Shown here piece by piece: positions 18,078-26,609 of a stretch of DNA of 29,644 bases. Within the stretch, counting starts at the first letter, position 1; every line of letters begins with the position of its first letter. Made by a program: the position numbers and the translations under genes. Origin of the DNA: Bdellovibrionales bacterium (GTDB taxonomy: Bacteria > Bdellovibrionota > Bdellovibrionia > Bdellovibrionales > Bdellovibrionaceae); assembly GCA_031370005.1 (NCBI GenBank), contig JANMPT010000014.1, forward strand, positions 1 through 29,644, read 5' to 3'. The notes under the pieces were generated by a model. That model saw only the letters and a list, made by a program, of their open reading frames with translations. It did not search any database and was not told the origin of the DNA.

Positions 18078-18848
18078 TTGTCAGTTGAAATTAGCTTTGT
18101 GAGTTATGGAAATGGGCCTATTCGTGTGCTTGTTCTACATGACTGGTTTTGCGACCATTCCAGTTGGGATGCAACGCTGCCTTACTTCACGCCGGAACAC
18201 TTTACTTACGTCTTCGCAGATTTGAGAGGTTATGGAGCCTCCCAGCAAATATCAGGTGCCTATACTCTTGATGAAGCTGCAAACGACGTGATTGCTCTCG
18301 CTGATCGGCTAAATTGGTCCCGTTTTTCAATGCTTGGGCATTCTATGAGCGGCCTTATTGTTCAACGTATTGCGCAGCTCGCGCAGGAACGAGTCGAACG
18401 AATTGTGGCTGTCACTCCTGTCTCGCCAGCCGGAATGGGACTTGATCTCACGACTTTAGATTTTTTCCGTTCGATCGCCCTTGCTGATGATAACGGACGT
18501 TTTTCAGCACTGAGTAAGCTTTGGGGCACTCGTTTGTCTGAAACGTGGATCAAATACAAGCTCAGGCGATGGCGTGAGACTTCGACTCCGGTGGCTGTAG
18601 CAAAATATTTGGAATTGTGGGGATGTACCGATATTTCTGAGGGAGCGCGTGGAATTAAAACGCCGATGCTGATAATTGCCGCAGCACAGGACGCGCCGCC
18701 CTTCCAGGCAGGAGCACTAGAAGCATCGATGCTTCCGTTCTATCCCAATGCAAAACTGTTATCTCTAGGAGAATCGGGCCATCATCCGATGCAGGAGCAG
18801 CCCCCACAGTTGGCTACAGCCATCGAGCTCTTTTTGGGTGAAAAGTAA
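18078..18848 (+). CDS. Alpha/beta hydrolase (esterase-like)
   Basis: AGGAGG RBS and TTG start; HDW, DLRGYG, GHSMSG, GHHPMQE. Confidence 0.92.
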   Translation: MSVEISFVSYGNGPIRVLVLHDWFCDHSSWDATLPYFTPEHFTYVFADLRGYGASQQISGAYTLDEAANDVIALADRLNWSRFSMLGHSMSGLIVQRIAQLAQERVERIVAVTPVSPAGMGLDLTTLDFFRSIALADDNGRFSALSKLWGTRLSETWIKYKLRRWRETSTPVAVAKYLELWGCTDISEGARGIKTPMLIIAAAQDAPPFQAGALEASMLPFYPNAKLLSLGESGHHPMQEQPPQLATAIELFLGEK

Positions 18849-18987
18849 CAGCGAGCAGACTTCACCCTAAGTCACCTGTTTGCTCACCTTGAGGCCTTTG
18901 AACGCGGAAAGGTGACGTGACTGTGCTCGACAGGCAATCATCTATCCCATAAAATTATTGATACGTGGAATTTTCAGAGGGAAAAGG

Positions 18988-19371
18988 ATGAAGCCAAAAA
19001 TTCATGTGGATTACGAAAAATCAGTTTTTACCATAAAGTTGACCCAAGAAATGTCAATGGGTGAGGTGCAGGAATTCCTAAAAGAATTTGCAGTGTCGGT
19101 AAACGAATTTAGCAAAAAGGGCATGTCAATTTCAGTCTTAATTGATGCCGCAGAAAAATATTTTTCAGATCTAAATACTACGCGAGCATTTTCTCAAGGT
19201 TTTAGAAAAATTTTAGAGTCTAGCAAAGTAAATAAAGTTGCGGTCTACAGGCCTCAAGATGACTTTCACGGCGATGAAGAATTGGCTCAACCTAATAAAA
19301 TAAAAACTTTTGTGACACTTGAAGACGCCAATCTTTGGCTTCTACAAGAGTGGCAGCCAGGAGTAATATAA
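18988..19371 (+). CDS. STAS/SEC14 (SpoIIAA-like) domain protein
   Basis: SVLIDA, KVAV and F.TLEDA..WL pattern. Confidence 0.65.
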   Translation: MKPKIHVDYEKSVFTIKLTQEMSMGEVQEFLKEFAVSVNEFSKKGMSISVLIDAAEKYFSDLNTTRAFSQGFRKILESSKVNKVAVYRPQDDFHGDEELAQPNKIKTFVTLEDANLWLLQEWQPGVI

Positions 19372-19372
19372 A

Positions 19373-19879
19373 ATGACTTCACAAAAACCGACTTTGCATT
19401 TTATTTGCGGGAAGATTGCCTCTGGAAAAACAACCCTTGCTCAAAAAATAGCGAGAGATACGGGGGCAGTATTTATCTGTGAAGATGAGTGGCTCTCTAA
19501 GCTTTACTCCGATGATCTAAAAACTTTTGATGATTACATCAAGCTGACGAATCGAATGAAAGTATTGCTATTGAGTCATGTCACAAACTTGTTGCGAAAT
19601 GGCATGTCAGTCGTTTTTGATTTTTCTGGCAATACGCCCAGTCATAGAAAATGGGTTCGATCTGTTTTTGAAGCAGCAAACGCAGATCATAAACTATACG
19701 TTTTGGATGTTAGCGATGTAGAGTGTAAAAAAAGACTTTCAAATCGAAATGCAGAAAAACCAACTGGCTAGTACTGGGGGAAATCCCCAACTGAGGATGA
19801 TTACGACAAGATTACTAAATACTTCTCAAAACCAACTTCCGAAGAAAAGTTCAATGTTATATATGGTGACCACGTCTAA
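19373..19879 (+). pseudogene. AAA_33-type P-loop kinase/ATP-binding protein with a premature TAG
   Basis: LHFICGKIASGKTT, EDEWL, VVFDFSGNT; TAG at 19769-19771 followed by 35 in-frame codons (YWGKSPTEDDYDKITKYFSKPTSEEKFNVI...) that resemble the family C-terminus. Confidence 0.85.
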
Positions 19880-19905
19880 CCCCTGCAAAATAAAATGAGG
19901 ATCCT

Positions 19906-20205
19906 GTGACATACGAAATAATGGTAGGATTGACAGTGAGTGACGACAAAGTATATCAGGAGTACCGCGAAGCTTTGTCCCCGATACTTAAGTTATATGG
20001 CGGGGGTTTTCGTTTTGATTTTGTTGTGTCAAAAGTTTTGAAATCTGAATCCAATCACGAGATCAATCGAGTCTTTGCGATCTATTTTGCGAGTTTGGAA
20101 AGCAAAAACGCATTCTTTTCACACCCTGATTATAAAATCATTAAGTCAAAATATTTTGAGCGCTCGGTTACGGGTACAACAATCATCGCGGAGTATGAGC
20201 GATAG
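19906..20205 (+). CDS. DUF1330 family protein
   Basis: YQEYR....PILKLYGGGF, FFSHPDY..IK; GAGG RBS and GTG start. Confidence 0.82.
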   Translation: MTYEIMVGLTVSDDKVYQEYREALSPILKLYGGGFRFDFVVSKVLKSESNHEINRVFAIYFASLESKNAFFSHPDYKIIKSKYFERSVTGTTIIAEYER

Positions 20206-20269
20206 ATACTCTGGACGAGTCGCGGCGATTCGCAACCTGGGCTAATTTCTAAGAATTAAAAGTACTTGC

Positions 20270-20305
20270 AATTAATGAATATTTATAGAATAATATTCAT
20301 TAATT
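20270..20305. promoter_or_regulatory. 14-bp perfect inverted repeat, likely TetR operator
   Basis: AATTAATGAATATT-N8-AATATTCATTAATT just upstream of the RBS of the 20319 operon. Confidence 0.72.
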
Positions 20306-20318
20306 ACTGGAGGCATAA

Positions 20319-20633
20319 ATGCAAATGACTAAAAAAACTAAATACATTTTAGCTGCGGTGGCTTTGTTGGCAGCCGTTGGTCCTAATGGGCTTTACTTGT
20401 ACGCAGTTTTTACTCAGCCAGAGCTGAGCGGACTTGCCCTCAAAAACCCAGTGGCTTTAGCCTTTATGATTGAAGCAATGATGCTGCTATCGCTATTTCT
20501 TTGGTATGTTTATAAGCAGACTCATTCGTGGGGAAAGGTTGTTATTTATTCTGTTCTCAGTTTTATGGGTAGTTTGGCGTTCAGCTTTCCACTTTTCCTT
20601 TATTTAAATGGAAAAGATCCCCAGGATGACTAA
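20319..20633 (+). CDS. Small membrane protein (DUF2834-like)
   Basis: GGAGG RBS; three TM segments; GSLAFSFPLFLY. Confidence 0.75.
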   Translation: MQMTKKTKYILAAVALLAAVGPNGLYLYAVFTQPELSGLALKNPVALAFMIEAMMLLSLFLWYVYKQTHSWGKVVIYSVLSFMGSLAFSFPLFLYLNGKDPQDD

Positions 20634-20643
20634 TAGAGTTTGA

Positions 20644-21234
20644 ATGGCGCGATTAAAAACTGGAGATAAAGAAAAGGCTATTATCGAGGCCGCCTCCCAA
20701 CTTTTTCTAGAGGCAGGGGTCCGCAAGACGACTATACAAAAGATTGCCAAGCTGGCAAAAGTTTCAGTTGGTAGTGTTTATCTCTATTATAACGATAAAC
20801 TGGATATTGTTCGTCGCTTGGCTTACTTCTTTGCAGAACAACACCAAGCTCTTGCTCAAGAGGTTCTTGCTTCGAGTAGATCCCCTAAAATTAAACTGAA
20901 CAACTACATCTTAGGTTTTTATGACATGTGGAAGCCATATGGTGAAAACTCAAAAGGATCTGTTGAACTGGCCGACGCAGTTTTAAAAGTTGCTCCCGAT
21001 ACACCAGGGATCGCACAGCAAGAGTTTTTGAAGGCGGTGAGTTCGATTTTAACGGAAGCTAAAAATGTTGGCATGAAAGTGGGAAAACCTAATGAAGAGG
21101 CAAAATGGATTGCCCTAGCCACGTCGGCTTTTTTTCCATTAGCCGGTACACCCGAAATTCATTTGATGAGCACTCTATTGACTAGAAAAGATTTAAGGGG
21201 GTTGCTAAATTGGGTTGTAGAAAAGTACGAGTAG
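20644..21234 (+). CDS. TetR/AcrR family regulator
   Basis: IIEAASQLF...G...[22 protein letters not shown]. Confidence 0.93.
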   Translation: MARLKTGDKEKAIIEAASQLFLEAGVRKTTIQKIAKLAKVSVGSVYLYYNDKLDIVRRLAYFFAEQHQALAQEVLASSRSPKIKLNNYILGFYDMWKPYGENSKGSVELADAVLKVAPDTPGIAQQEFLKAVSSILTEAKNVGMKVGKPNEEAKWIALATSAFFPLAGTPEIHLMSTLLTRKDLRGLLNWVVEKYE

Positions 21235-21241
21235 TTCCTCA

Positions 21242-21442
21242 GAGACTCCTATCTATGCAAAAATGAAAATGGACGAGGAGCAAATGAAGGAGTTTTCCAC
21301 TTTTATTCTAAACGCAGTACCCTTACATCGTTTTGCGAGCGCTGAAGAACTTGCGCGAACCGTACTTTTTCTAGCCTCAGATGATTCAAGTTTTGTGACA
21401 GGCATTGATCTTGTTGCAGACGGTGGATTTACTCAGGTTTAG
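21242..21442 (+). pseudogene. C-terminal remnant of an SDR oxidoreductase
   Basis: Reads ETPIYAKM...[41 protein letters not shown]; the Rossmann N-terminal part is absent. Confidence 0.9.
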
Positions 21443-21522
21443 TTGTGTATAGCAGATTGCTAAAAATGAGGCTCCTGGGTATAGTGGGGCCTGAGAGCGT
21501 TAGGGGACTTAAGTTTACAAGC

Positions 21523-21987
21523 TCAAGAGAGTCGTCTGCTATTCCACAGTTTCATTGTCTCAGGCAGCTCCTCGCCCACCGATCTTAGAAAAAATACGAC
21601 GGTAGATCCACCCATATATGAAAATCTCTTTGAGATTGACTTGCAGAGGTGCTCCTCTCCAGCCTTGCCAAGTTCTTTTAAGTATTTTGAAAATGACCCA
21701 TGCTCTTTTTTTATTTCAAGAAACTCTTTCGCATTGTTCACAGTGGCGCTAAGCTTTCCATAATTACGAACAAGATTTTTATCAGTTATCAACTTATCAA
21801 TGCGCTCTTCGGTGAATCTCGCTACCTTAGAAAAATCAAAACTGGCGAAAGTAGCTTTGAAGTGGCCCCACTTCGCATCAATCACTTTATGGTTAAGACC
21901 GGAACGAAAAATAACTTTCGTCATCATCTCAAAGTAGGCTCTGTCGTTTTTTGGTTTTTCACCCAACACGCACTTCAGCATTGTCAT
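21523..21987 (-). CDS. Short DNA-3-methyladenine glycosylase I-like protein
   Basis: YFEMMTKVIFRSGL, FDFSKVARF, VRNYGKLSATVNNAK; lacks the Zn-binding termini of canonical Tag. Confidence 0.82.
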   Translation of the reverse strand: MTMLKCVLGEKPKNDRAYFEMMTKVIFRSGLNHKVIDAKWGHFKATFASFDFSKVARFTEERIDKLITDKNLVRNYGKLSATVNNAKEFLEIKKEHGSFSKYLKELGKAGEEHLCKSISKRFSYMGGSTVVFFLRSVGEELPETMKLWNSRRLS

Positions 21988-22000
21988 TTCCTAAAGATAC

Positions 22001-22422
22001 TTACTTTTCATTGTTTATCAGCTTTTCAATTCCATTAATTCCCATGGTCCAAGCCCCCCGGAACATCTCTTTGGCTTGTGTCTCTTTGTCTTCTTCCACA
22101 TCAAAAGTGCTGACCATTCTACGGATGATTTTCCCTTACCCAAATCATAAACTTTCATCGTTCCAAAAATGTTTTTTACAGGAATCATATTTTGCTCTGG
22201 AATTGCATACTGAAAGATTCGACTTGCATGATCCACTTTTTCGATATTTTCGATCAATTCTCCCGCCTCTGTTCCACAAATTCTTTTATTACCTTCTACA
22301 CGGCAGGATTGTATGACCGGAGCAAACCATTTATCCACCCCGTCAACAGCACCAATTATTTTCCACACCTTTTCGACAGACGCATTTACTTCTACGGTAA
22401 CCTTTTCGTTTGATTTTTTCAT
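22001..22422 (-). pseudogene. SRPBCC / polyketide cyclase family gene with a 1-nt frameshift
   Basis: After VEWSA the natural-looking end TFDVEEDKETQAKEMFRGAWTMGINGIEKLINNEK* continues in a shifted frame (near 22108); could be a sequencing error. Confidence 0.8.
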
Positions 22423-22449
22423 AATTTTAAACTCTCCATTGTTTTAATA

Positions 22450-22518
22450 TGTAATAAATATTACACTATATTTACAGTGGTCGTCAAGGCAGTGTTTTTA
22501 TTTGTAATAAAAGTTACA
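22450..22518. promoter_or_regulatory. Two 16-bp palindromic operators between divergent SRPBCC and TetR genes
   Basis: TGTAATAAATATTACA (22450-22465) and TGTAATAAAAGTTACA (22503-22518). Confidence 0.78.
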
Positions 22519-22593
22519 ATTTGATAGAATATTTAAATAAGTTAGAGTGGGTTTGAACCCCAGGAAGCTATTCTTTTAATGGTGGTATAAGCA

Positions 22594-23178
22594 ATGGCCC
22601 GAACGCGTGAGTTTGATTTTGAAAAGGCAATAGACAAGGCGACGAAGCTCTTTTGGCTAGAAGGGTATAAAAAAACCTCCATCCAAAAGCTCATGAAGAC
22701 GATGGGACTTGGTGAAAGCTCGTTCTATAACTCTTTTAAAAACAAAAGAGATCTCTATTTGCAGTGTCTGAAATACTACAATTCAAACATCACCAGTCGT
22801 CGAGCCGAGGCGCTCAATTCACCTAAACCCATCCAGAAGAAATTGAGAGATCTTTTTAACGTCATATTCGATGATTTGGAGAGTGGTACTGGAACTCCTG
22901 GATGCTTGATGACGAATAGTCTATCATTTGAAGTTCTTAAGGATGCTCATTTAAGAAAATATGTTTTAGGTGAAATGGATAATTTCCGATTGTTCCTAAA
23001 AAACACGTTCCAGCAAGCAATAGAAAATGATGAACTAAGTGTGGATTTCGATAGTATCTTAACTTCAGAATTAGTTGTAACTTACCTACAGGGACTTTTT
23101 AAGATTTCTATGACGACTACCGACTATTCTCAACTGCGAAAACAAACGGAGTACTTTCTAAAGGCTCTTGGATTATAA
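22594..23178 (+). CDS. TetR/AcrR family regulator (NemR-like)
   Basis: MARTREFD, FWLEGY..TS, SSFYNSF.NK, GCLMTN. Confidence 0.93.
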   Translation: MARTREFDFEKAIDKATKLFWLEGYKKTSIQKLMKTMGLGESSFYNSFKNKRDLYLQCLKYYNSNITSRRAEALNSPKPIQKKLRDLFNVIFDDLESGTGTPGCLMTNSLSFEVLKDAHLRKYVLGEMDNFRLFLKNTFQQAIENDELSVDFDSILTSELVVTYLQGLFKISMTTTDYSQLRKQTEYFLKALGL

Positions 23179-23182
23179 ATGT

Positions 23183-23256
23183 CTATCGACATGCATGATG
23201 CCGGAAACAATCAATCGTATGATCGTTCACCATACCCGCATGTGGGCATAGATCAC
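23183..23256 (-). pseudogene. Diverged second copy of the tag 3' end
   Basis: Reads VIYAHM-[7-nt gap]-GMVNDHTIDCFRHHACR*; 23191-23256 aligns with 23650-23722. Confidence 0.92.
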
Positions 23257-23318
23257 GACTTCCGCGCACGTTCATGAGCATGAAGCGGACACGAACAAAG
23301 CTGCCAAGGGAAGGAAAG

Positions 23319-23609
23319 CTACTCAGTCGCTAGAAATTGTAGCCGCTCGTCAGTCTTTGATGGCTCAATTTCAATAATTTCAGCACTCACCACATTTTCC
23401 AGCACAAACGGATCACTATTCACCCTGCTTTGAAGGTCCGGCAGCAGCGTATTGTGGGCCAAAATTCCACCACCCAAATTGGGCTGAAGACTACCGACCA
23501 ACAAAAACACGCCGTCATCAAAGCCGCGCTTGATCCATTCTTTGTGGCCTTCCATGAGTTGGCTGGCTCGGCCCTTATTGTCAGAAAATTTAAGAAGCAC
23601 GATAAACAT
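23319..23609 (-). CDS. YciI family protein
   Basis: MFIVLLKF, H.EW...GF..G.FLLVG, GGGIL, DPFV...V. Confidence 0.88.
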   Translation of the reverse strand: MFIVLLKFSDNKGRASQLMEGHKEWIKRGFDDGVFLLVGSLQPNLGGGILAHNTLLPDLQSRVNSDPFVLENVVSAEIIEIEPSKTDERLQFLATE

Positions 23610-23614
23610 CGAAT

Positions 23615-24226
23615 TCATTCTCCTATCAAATTTTGTTTCTCATTCATGAATGCATGATATCGAAAACAATCAATCGTATGATCATTCACCATACCGACGG
23701 CCTGCATATGAGCATAGATCACTGTCGACCCTACAAATTTAAAGCCTCGCACTTTGAGATCTTTGCTAAAAATGTCTGACTCCTTCGTTATTGCAGGAAT
23801 CTGCTTGTGGGATTTCCATTTATTGGTCTTTGGTCTCCCACCCACAAACTGCCAACAATAAGAATTAAAACTACCAAACTCTTTCTGGATTTTCAGAAAC
23901 TGCTTGGCATTGTTGACTGTGGATTCAATTTTAAGTCGGTTACGAATGATACTGGAATTGAGCATGAGCTTTTCAATCTTTTTTGAGCTATATTTGGCAA
24001 CCTTCACCGGATCAAAATCGCTAAATGCCTTTCTATAGCCCTCCCGTTTCTTTAAGATAGTAGACCAACTCAAGCCAGCCTGCGCTCCTTCTAAAATAAG
24101 AAACTCAAAATGCTTATTGTCGTCGTGAGTAGGAACTCCCCACTCAGTATCGTGATAGGCAATCATCAGGGGATCTGCCCCAGGCCAACGGCATCTCTTT
24201 TTAATTTTTGTCACACCTTGCTCCAT
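23615..24226 (-). CDS. tag: DNA-3-methyladenine glycosylase I
   Basis: RCRW, YHDTEWGVP, LEGAQAGLSW, IIRNRLKI, GFKFVG, GMVNDH..DC. Confidence 0.97.
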   Translation of the reverse strand: MEQGVTKIKKRCRWPGADPLMIAYHDTEWGVPTHDDNKHFEFLILEGAQAGLSWSTILKKREGYRKAFSDFDPVKVAKYSSKKIEKLMLNSSIIRNRLKIESTVNNAKQFLKIQKEFGSFNSYCWQFVGGRPKTNKWKSHKQIPAITKESDIFSKDLKVRGFKFVGSTVIYAHMQAVGMVNDHTIDCFRYHAFMNEKQNLIGE

Positions 24227-24534
24227 TATTTCGCGTGTTCGCCCATTTTTTCGTAATGGGACGTGACTATCGATTTATCATCTATTTTAGAAATAATATT
24301 GCTGCAAGCAGGGCTCTTAAAAAACTCGTCTGCCGCGTTCTTGGCAGACGTCAAATCCGTCCAGGTCACGAGGTCCACCCACCGATTGTCATGCTCACTA
24401 TAATAATACTCCCTGTTCTTAAATCCCTTGGAATTTGTGACATGCGCATTCATTTTTTCCATTAGGATTTCTTGCTCCTTTGTTGGGACTTCCTCTTTAA
24501 ATTTAAAAACGACGATCTCATAAATATCTGCCAT
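24226..24534 (-). CDS. Antibiotic-biosynthesis-monooxygenase-like (dimeric alpha-beta barrel) protein
   Basis: EIVVFK.K, GF..R, WVDLVTW...SAK.AA; GGAGG RBS. Confidence 0.72.
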   Translation of the reverse strand: MADIYEIVVFKFKEEVPTKEQEILMEKMNAHVTNSKGFKNREYYYSEHDNRWVDLVTWTDLTSAKNAADEFFKSPACSNIISKIDDKSIVTSHYEKMGEHAK

Positions 24535-24619
24535 AGCGATACCTCCGGTTAAAAAATAAGTCCAATAAGAATCAGTGCGACTTTTCTCTTGTTATCCTGT
24601 AAATCATTATATGGAAATA

Positions 24620-24640
24620 TATGTCGTTTAATGGCATAAT
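24620..24640. promoter_or_regulatory. Putative operator and -10 box of the WYL regulator
   Basis: TATGTC-N7-GGCATA overlapping CATAAT, 6 nt before the ATG. Confidence 0.55.
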
Positions 24641-24646
24641 TCTTTT

Positions 24647-25381
24647 ATGCCCAAGAATACCTACTTAGACCGTAAAAATAGACACGATGAGTTACTAGGG
24701 CTTTTGAAGTCTCGTGAAATTTGGACGACCCATGCGCTGAGTCGAGTCCTGCGCGTGAGTCTAAGAACCCTGATGAGAGATCTTCGGGAGCTTGAATCTT
24801 CAGGGCTTCCCCTCGAATCGGATCGGGGACGAGGAGGGGGCATTCGCCTTCATCAATCGTGGGGATTGGGGCGACTACAGTTGAGCTACGTCGAGATTCT
24901 GGATCTTTTGGTGGCTTTAGCTACGATGGAAAAACTCCCGTCTCCTCTTCTTATGAAAAATCTCCGCAGTGTTCGTCTAAAAATTGCACAATCTTTTCCT
25001 GAATCTCAAAGGCGTCTTATTGAAAATCTCAGACGAAGAATTTGGATAGGAGAAAAAGCATCAGACCAAATTCTTTCAAATTTCAAAGCCCCTAGACCAG
25101 AAACTCTTGGTCCTCTACAGCGAGGATTCTTTGAGTGCAAACAGCTTAAGATACAATACTCTGATGAAAAACAGCGCCTAACCAAGCGGATAATCGAACC
25201 CCATTATTTTTTGTTCAATTGGCCTGTTTGGTACGTTCATGCCTGGGATCATCTGCGATCTGACATTAGATTTTTTCGAGTGGACCGCATTCGTTCGTGC
25301 GAGATTGTGCCTCACGAATTTAAAATAAGAGATAGAGAGAAATTTGTTGAAACCATGGAAGAATTTTTTGAGTCGGTGTAG
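24647..25381 (+). CDS. YafY-like HTH_11-WYL domain regulator (short form)
   Basis: VSLRTLMRDL..L...G.P...RGRGGG; RIIEP, WYVHAWDHLRSDIRFFRVDRI. Confidence 0.93.
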   Translation: MPKNTYLDRKNRHDELLGLLKSREIWTTHALSRVLRVSLRTLMRDLRELESSGLPLESDRGRGGGIRLHQSWGLGRLQLSYVEILDLLVALATMEKLPSPLLMKNLRSVRLKIAQSFPESQRRLIENLRRRIWIGEKASDQILSNFKAPRPETLGPLQRGFFECKQLKIQYSDEKQRLTKRIIEPHYFLFNWPVWYVHAWDHLRSDIRFFRVDRIRSCEIVPHEFKIRDREKFVETMEEFFESV

Positions 25382-25469
25382 CATTTTAGGTTTACGTATT
25401 TTGAAAAATTGGAAATTAATCCAACAAACTTCGATATGATATCAAAAATCAACGACGGCTGGAGGAACT

Positions 25470-26609
25470 ATGACTGAACATCTAACAAAAGATCAGGTAA
25501 AACGGCTGTGGATTCATGCACAACGCCTGGATCAGGCCGAGCCTTTTGGGAGCGGGCCGAGTGCAGTCCAGTCAGCTGTGGAACACCTGGGCTACGTGCA
25601 AATTGATACGATTAACGTCATTGAGCGTTGCCACCATCACATTTTATTCAATCGAATACCGCAGTATAAAAAACAAGATCTGCATCGCGCCCAGACGAAA
25701 GAAAAAACTATTTTTGAATACTGGACCCATGCTCTTTCAATTGTACCTACGAGGGATTTCAAATTTTATATTGGTGCAATGAAGAGAACTGCGAGTTCGC
25801 CGGGACGGTGGTTAAAGACAGTCAAGCCCCATGAGCTTCAGAAAGTTTTAAGATTGATAAAAAAAGATGGTGCCCAATCTATACGAGATATCGAAGATGA
25901 AGTCTTAGTAGAAAAAAATCATCCCTGGGCCAGTCGAAAGCCGTCGAAAGAAGCACTGCAATTCGGATTTTACACAGGTCGCCTTGTGGTCAGTGAAAGG
26001 GTGGGAATGCTGAAGAAGTATGAATTGACCGAGCGTCACTTTGAATGGAAGAAAAAACCAAAGGCCGCCACTGAAAAAGAAGCATTAAACTACAGTTTGG
26101 ATCGAGCATTAAGGTCACAGTTCGTGGTTAGCCTTGATTCGATTTGTTACCTTGAACCGAAGAAGAAGTCGGGGATGTCCAGGCTCATCGATGCTCGTGT
26201 GAAAAACGGACGTCTTCTAATTGTGAGAGTGAAGGGAATTGAAAAAGTTCAAGTTTGGATTCAGCCTGAAGATCTTGAGTTGAAGTTTAAATCCATAGAC
26301 ACGTGGACTCACATTCTATCTCCCTTTGATCCATTGATCATCCACCGCAAACGGTTGGACATGTTTTTCAATTACGCTCATCGTTTTGAAGCCTACGTCC
26401 CAAAGGACAAAAGGATCTTCGGGTACTTTGCTTTACCCGTGCTTCTGGATGATCAAATTATTGCGGCCATTGACATGAAGACAGACCGTGCTCAAGGCAA
26501 GTTGCTTATTCAAAAATGGAACTGGATCGGCAAGGGAAAAACCGCGATAAATAAAAAGAGAATTGAAGAAGAGCTTCAGCGTTTTGAAAAGTTTCAACTG
26601 GGAATTTAG
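25470..26609 (+). CDS. ycaQ: YcaQ-like (HTH_42/AlkZ superfamily) DNA glycosylase
   Basis: VQIDTINV (QxD motif), FEYWTH, LSPFDPL, FEAYVPK.KR.FGYF.LP. Confidence 0.9.
   Translation: MTEHLTKDQVKRLWIHAQRLDQAEPFGSGPSAVQSAVEHLGYVQIDTINVIERCHHHILFNRIPQYKKQDLHRAQTKEKTIFEYWTHALSIVPTRDFKFYIGAMKRTASSPGRWLKTVKPHELQKVLRLIKKDGAQSIRDIEDEVLVEKNHPWASRKPSKEALQFGFYTGRLVVSERVGMLKKYELTERHFEWKKKPKAATEKEALNYSLDRALRSQFVVSLDSICYLEPKKKSGMSRLIDARVKNGRLLIVRVKGIEKVQVWIQPEDLELKFKSIDTWTHILSPFDPLIIHRKRLDMFFNYAHRFEAYVPKDKRIFGYFALPVLLDDQIIAAIDMKTDRAQGKLLIQKWNWIGKGKTAINKKRIEEELQRFEKFQLGI

Noticed and set aside
19769..19771. TAG recoding (pyrrolysine or alternative genetic code)
   Set aside because: TAG ends many intact genes here (for example trmH, lemA, a TetR and the WYL gene); a nonsense mutation is simpler
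22546..22564. GGGTTTGAACCC as a tRNA fragment or att site
   Set aside because: The T-stem does not form and it does not match the tRNA-Arg 3' end
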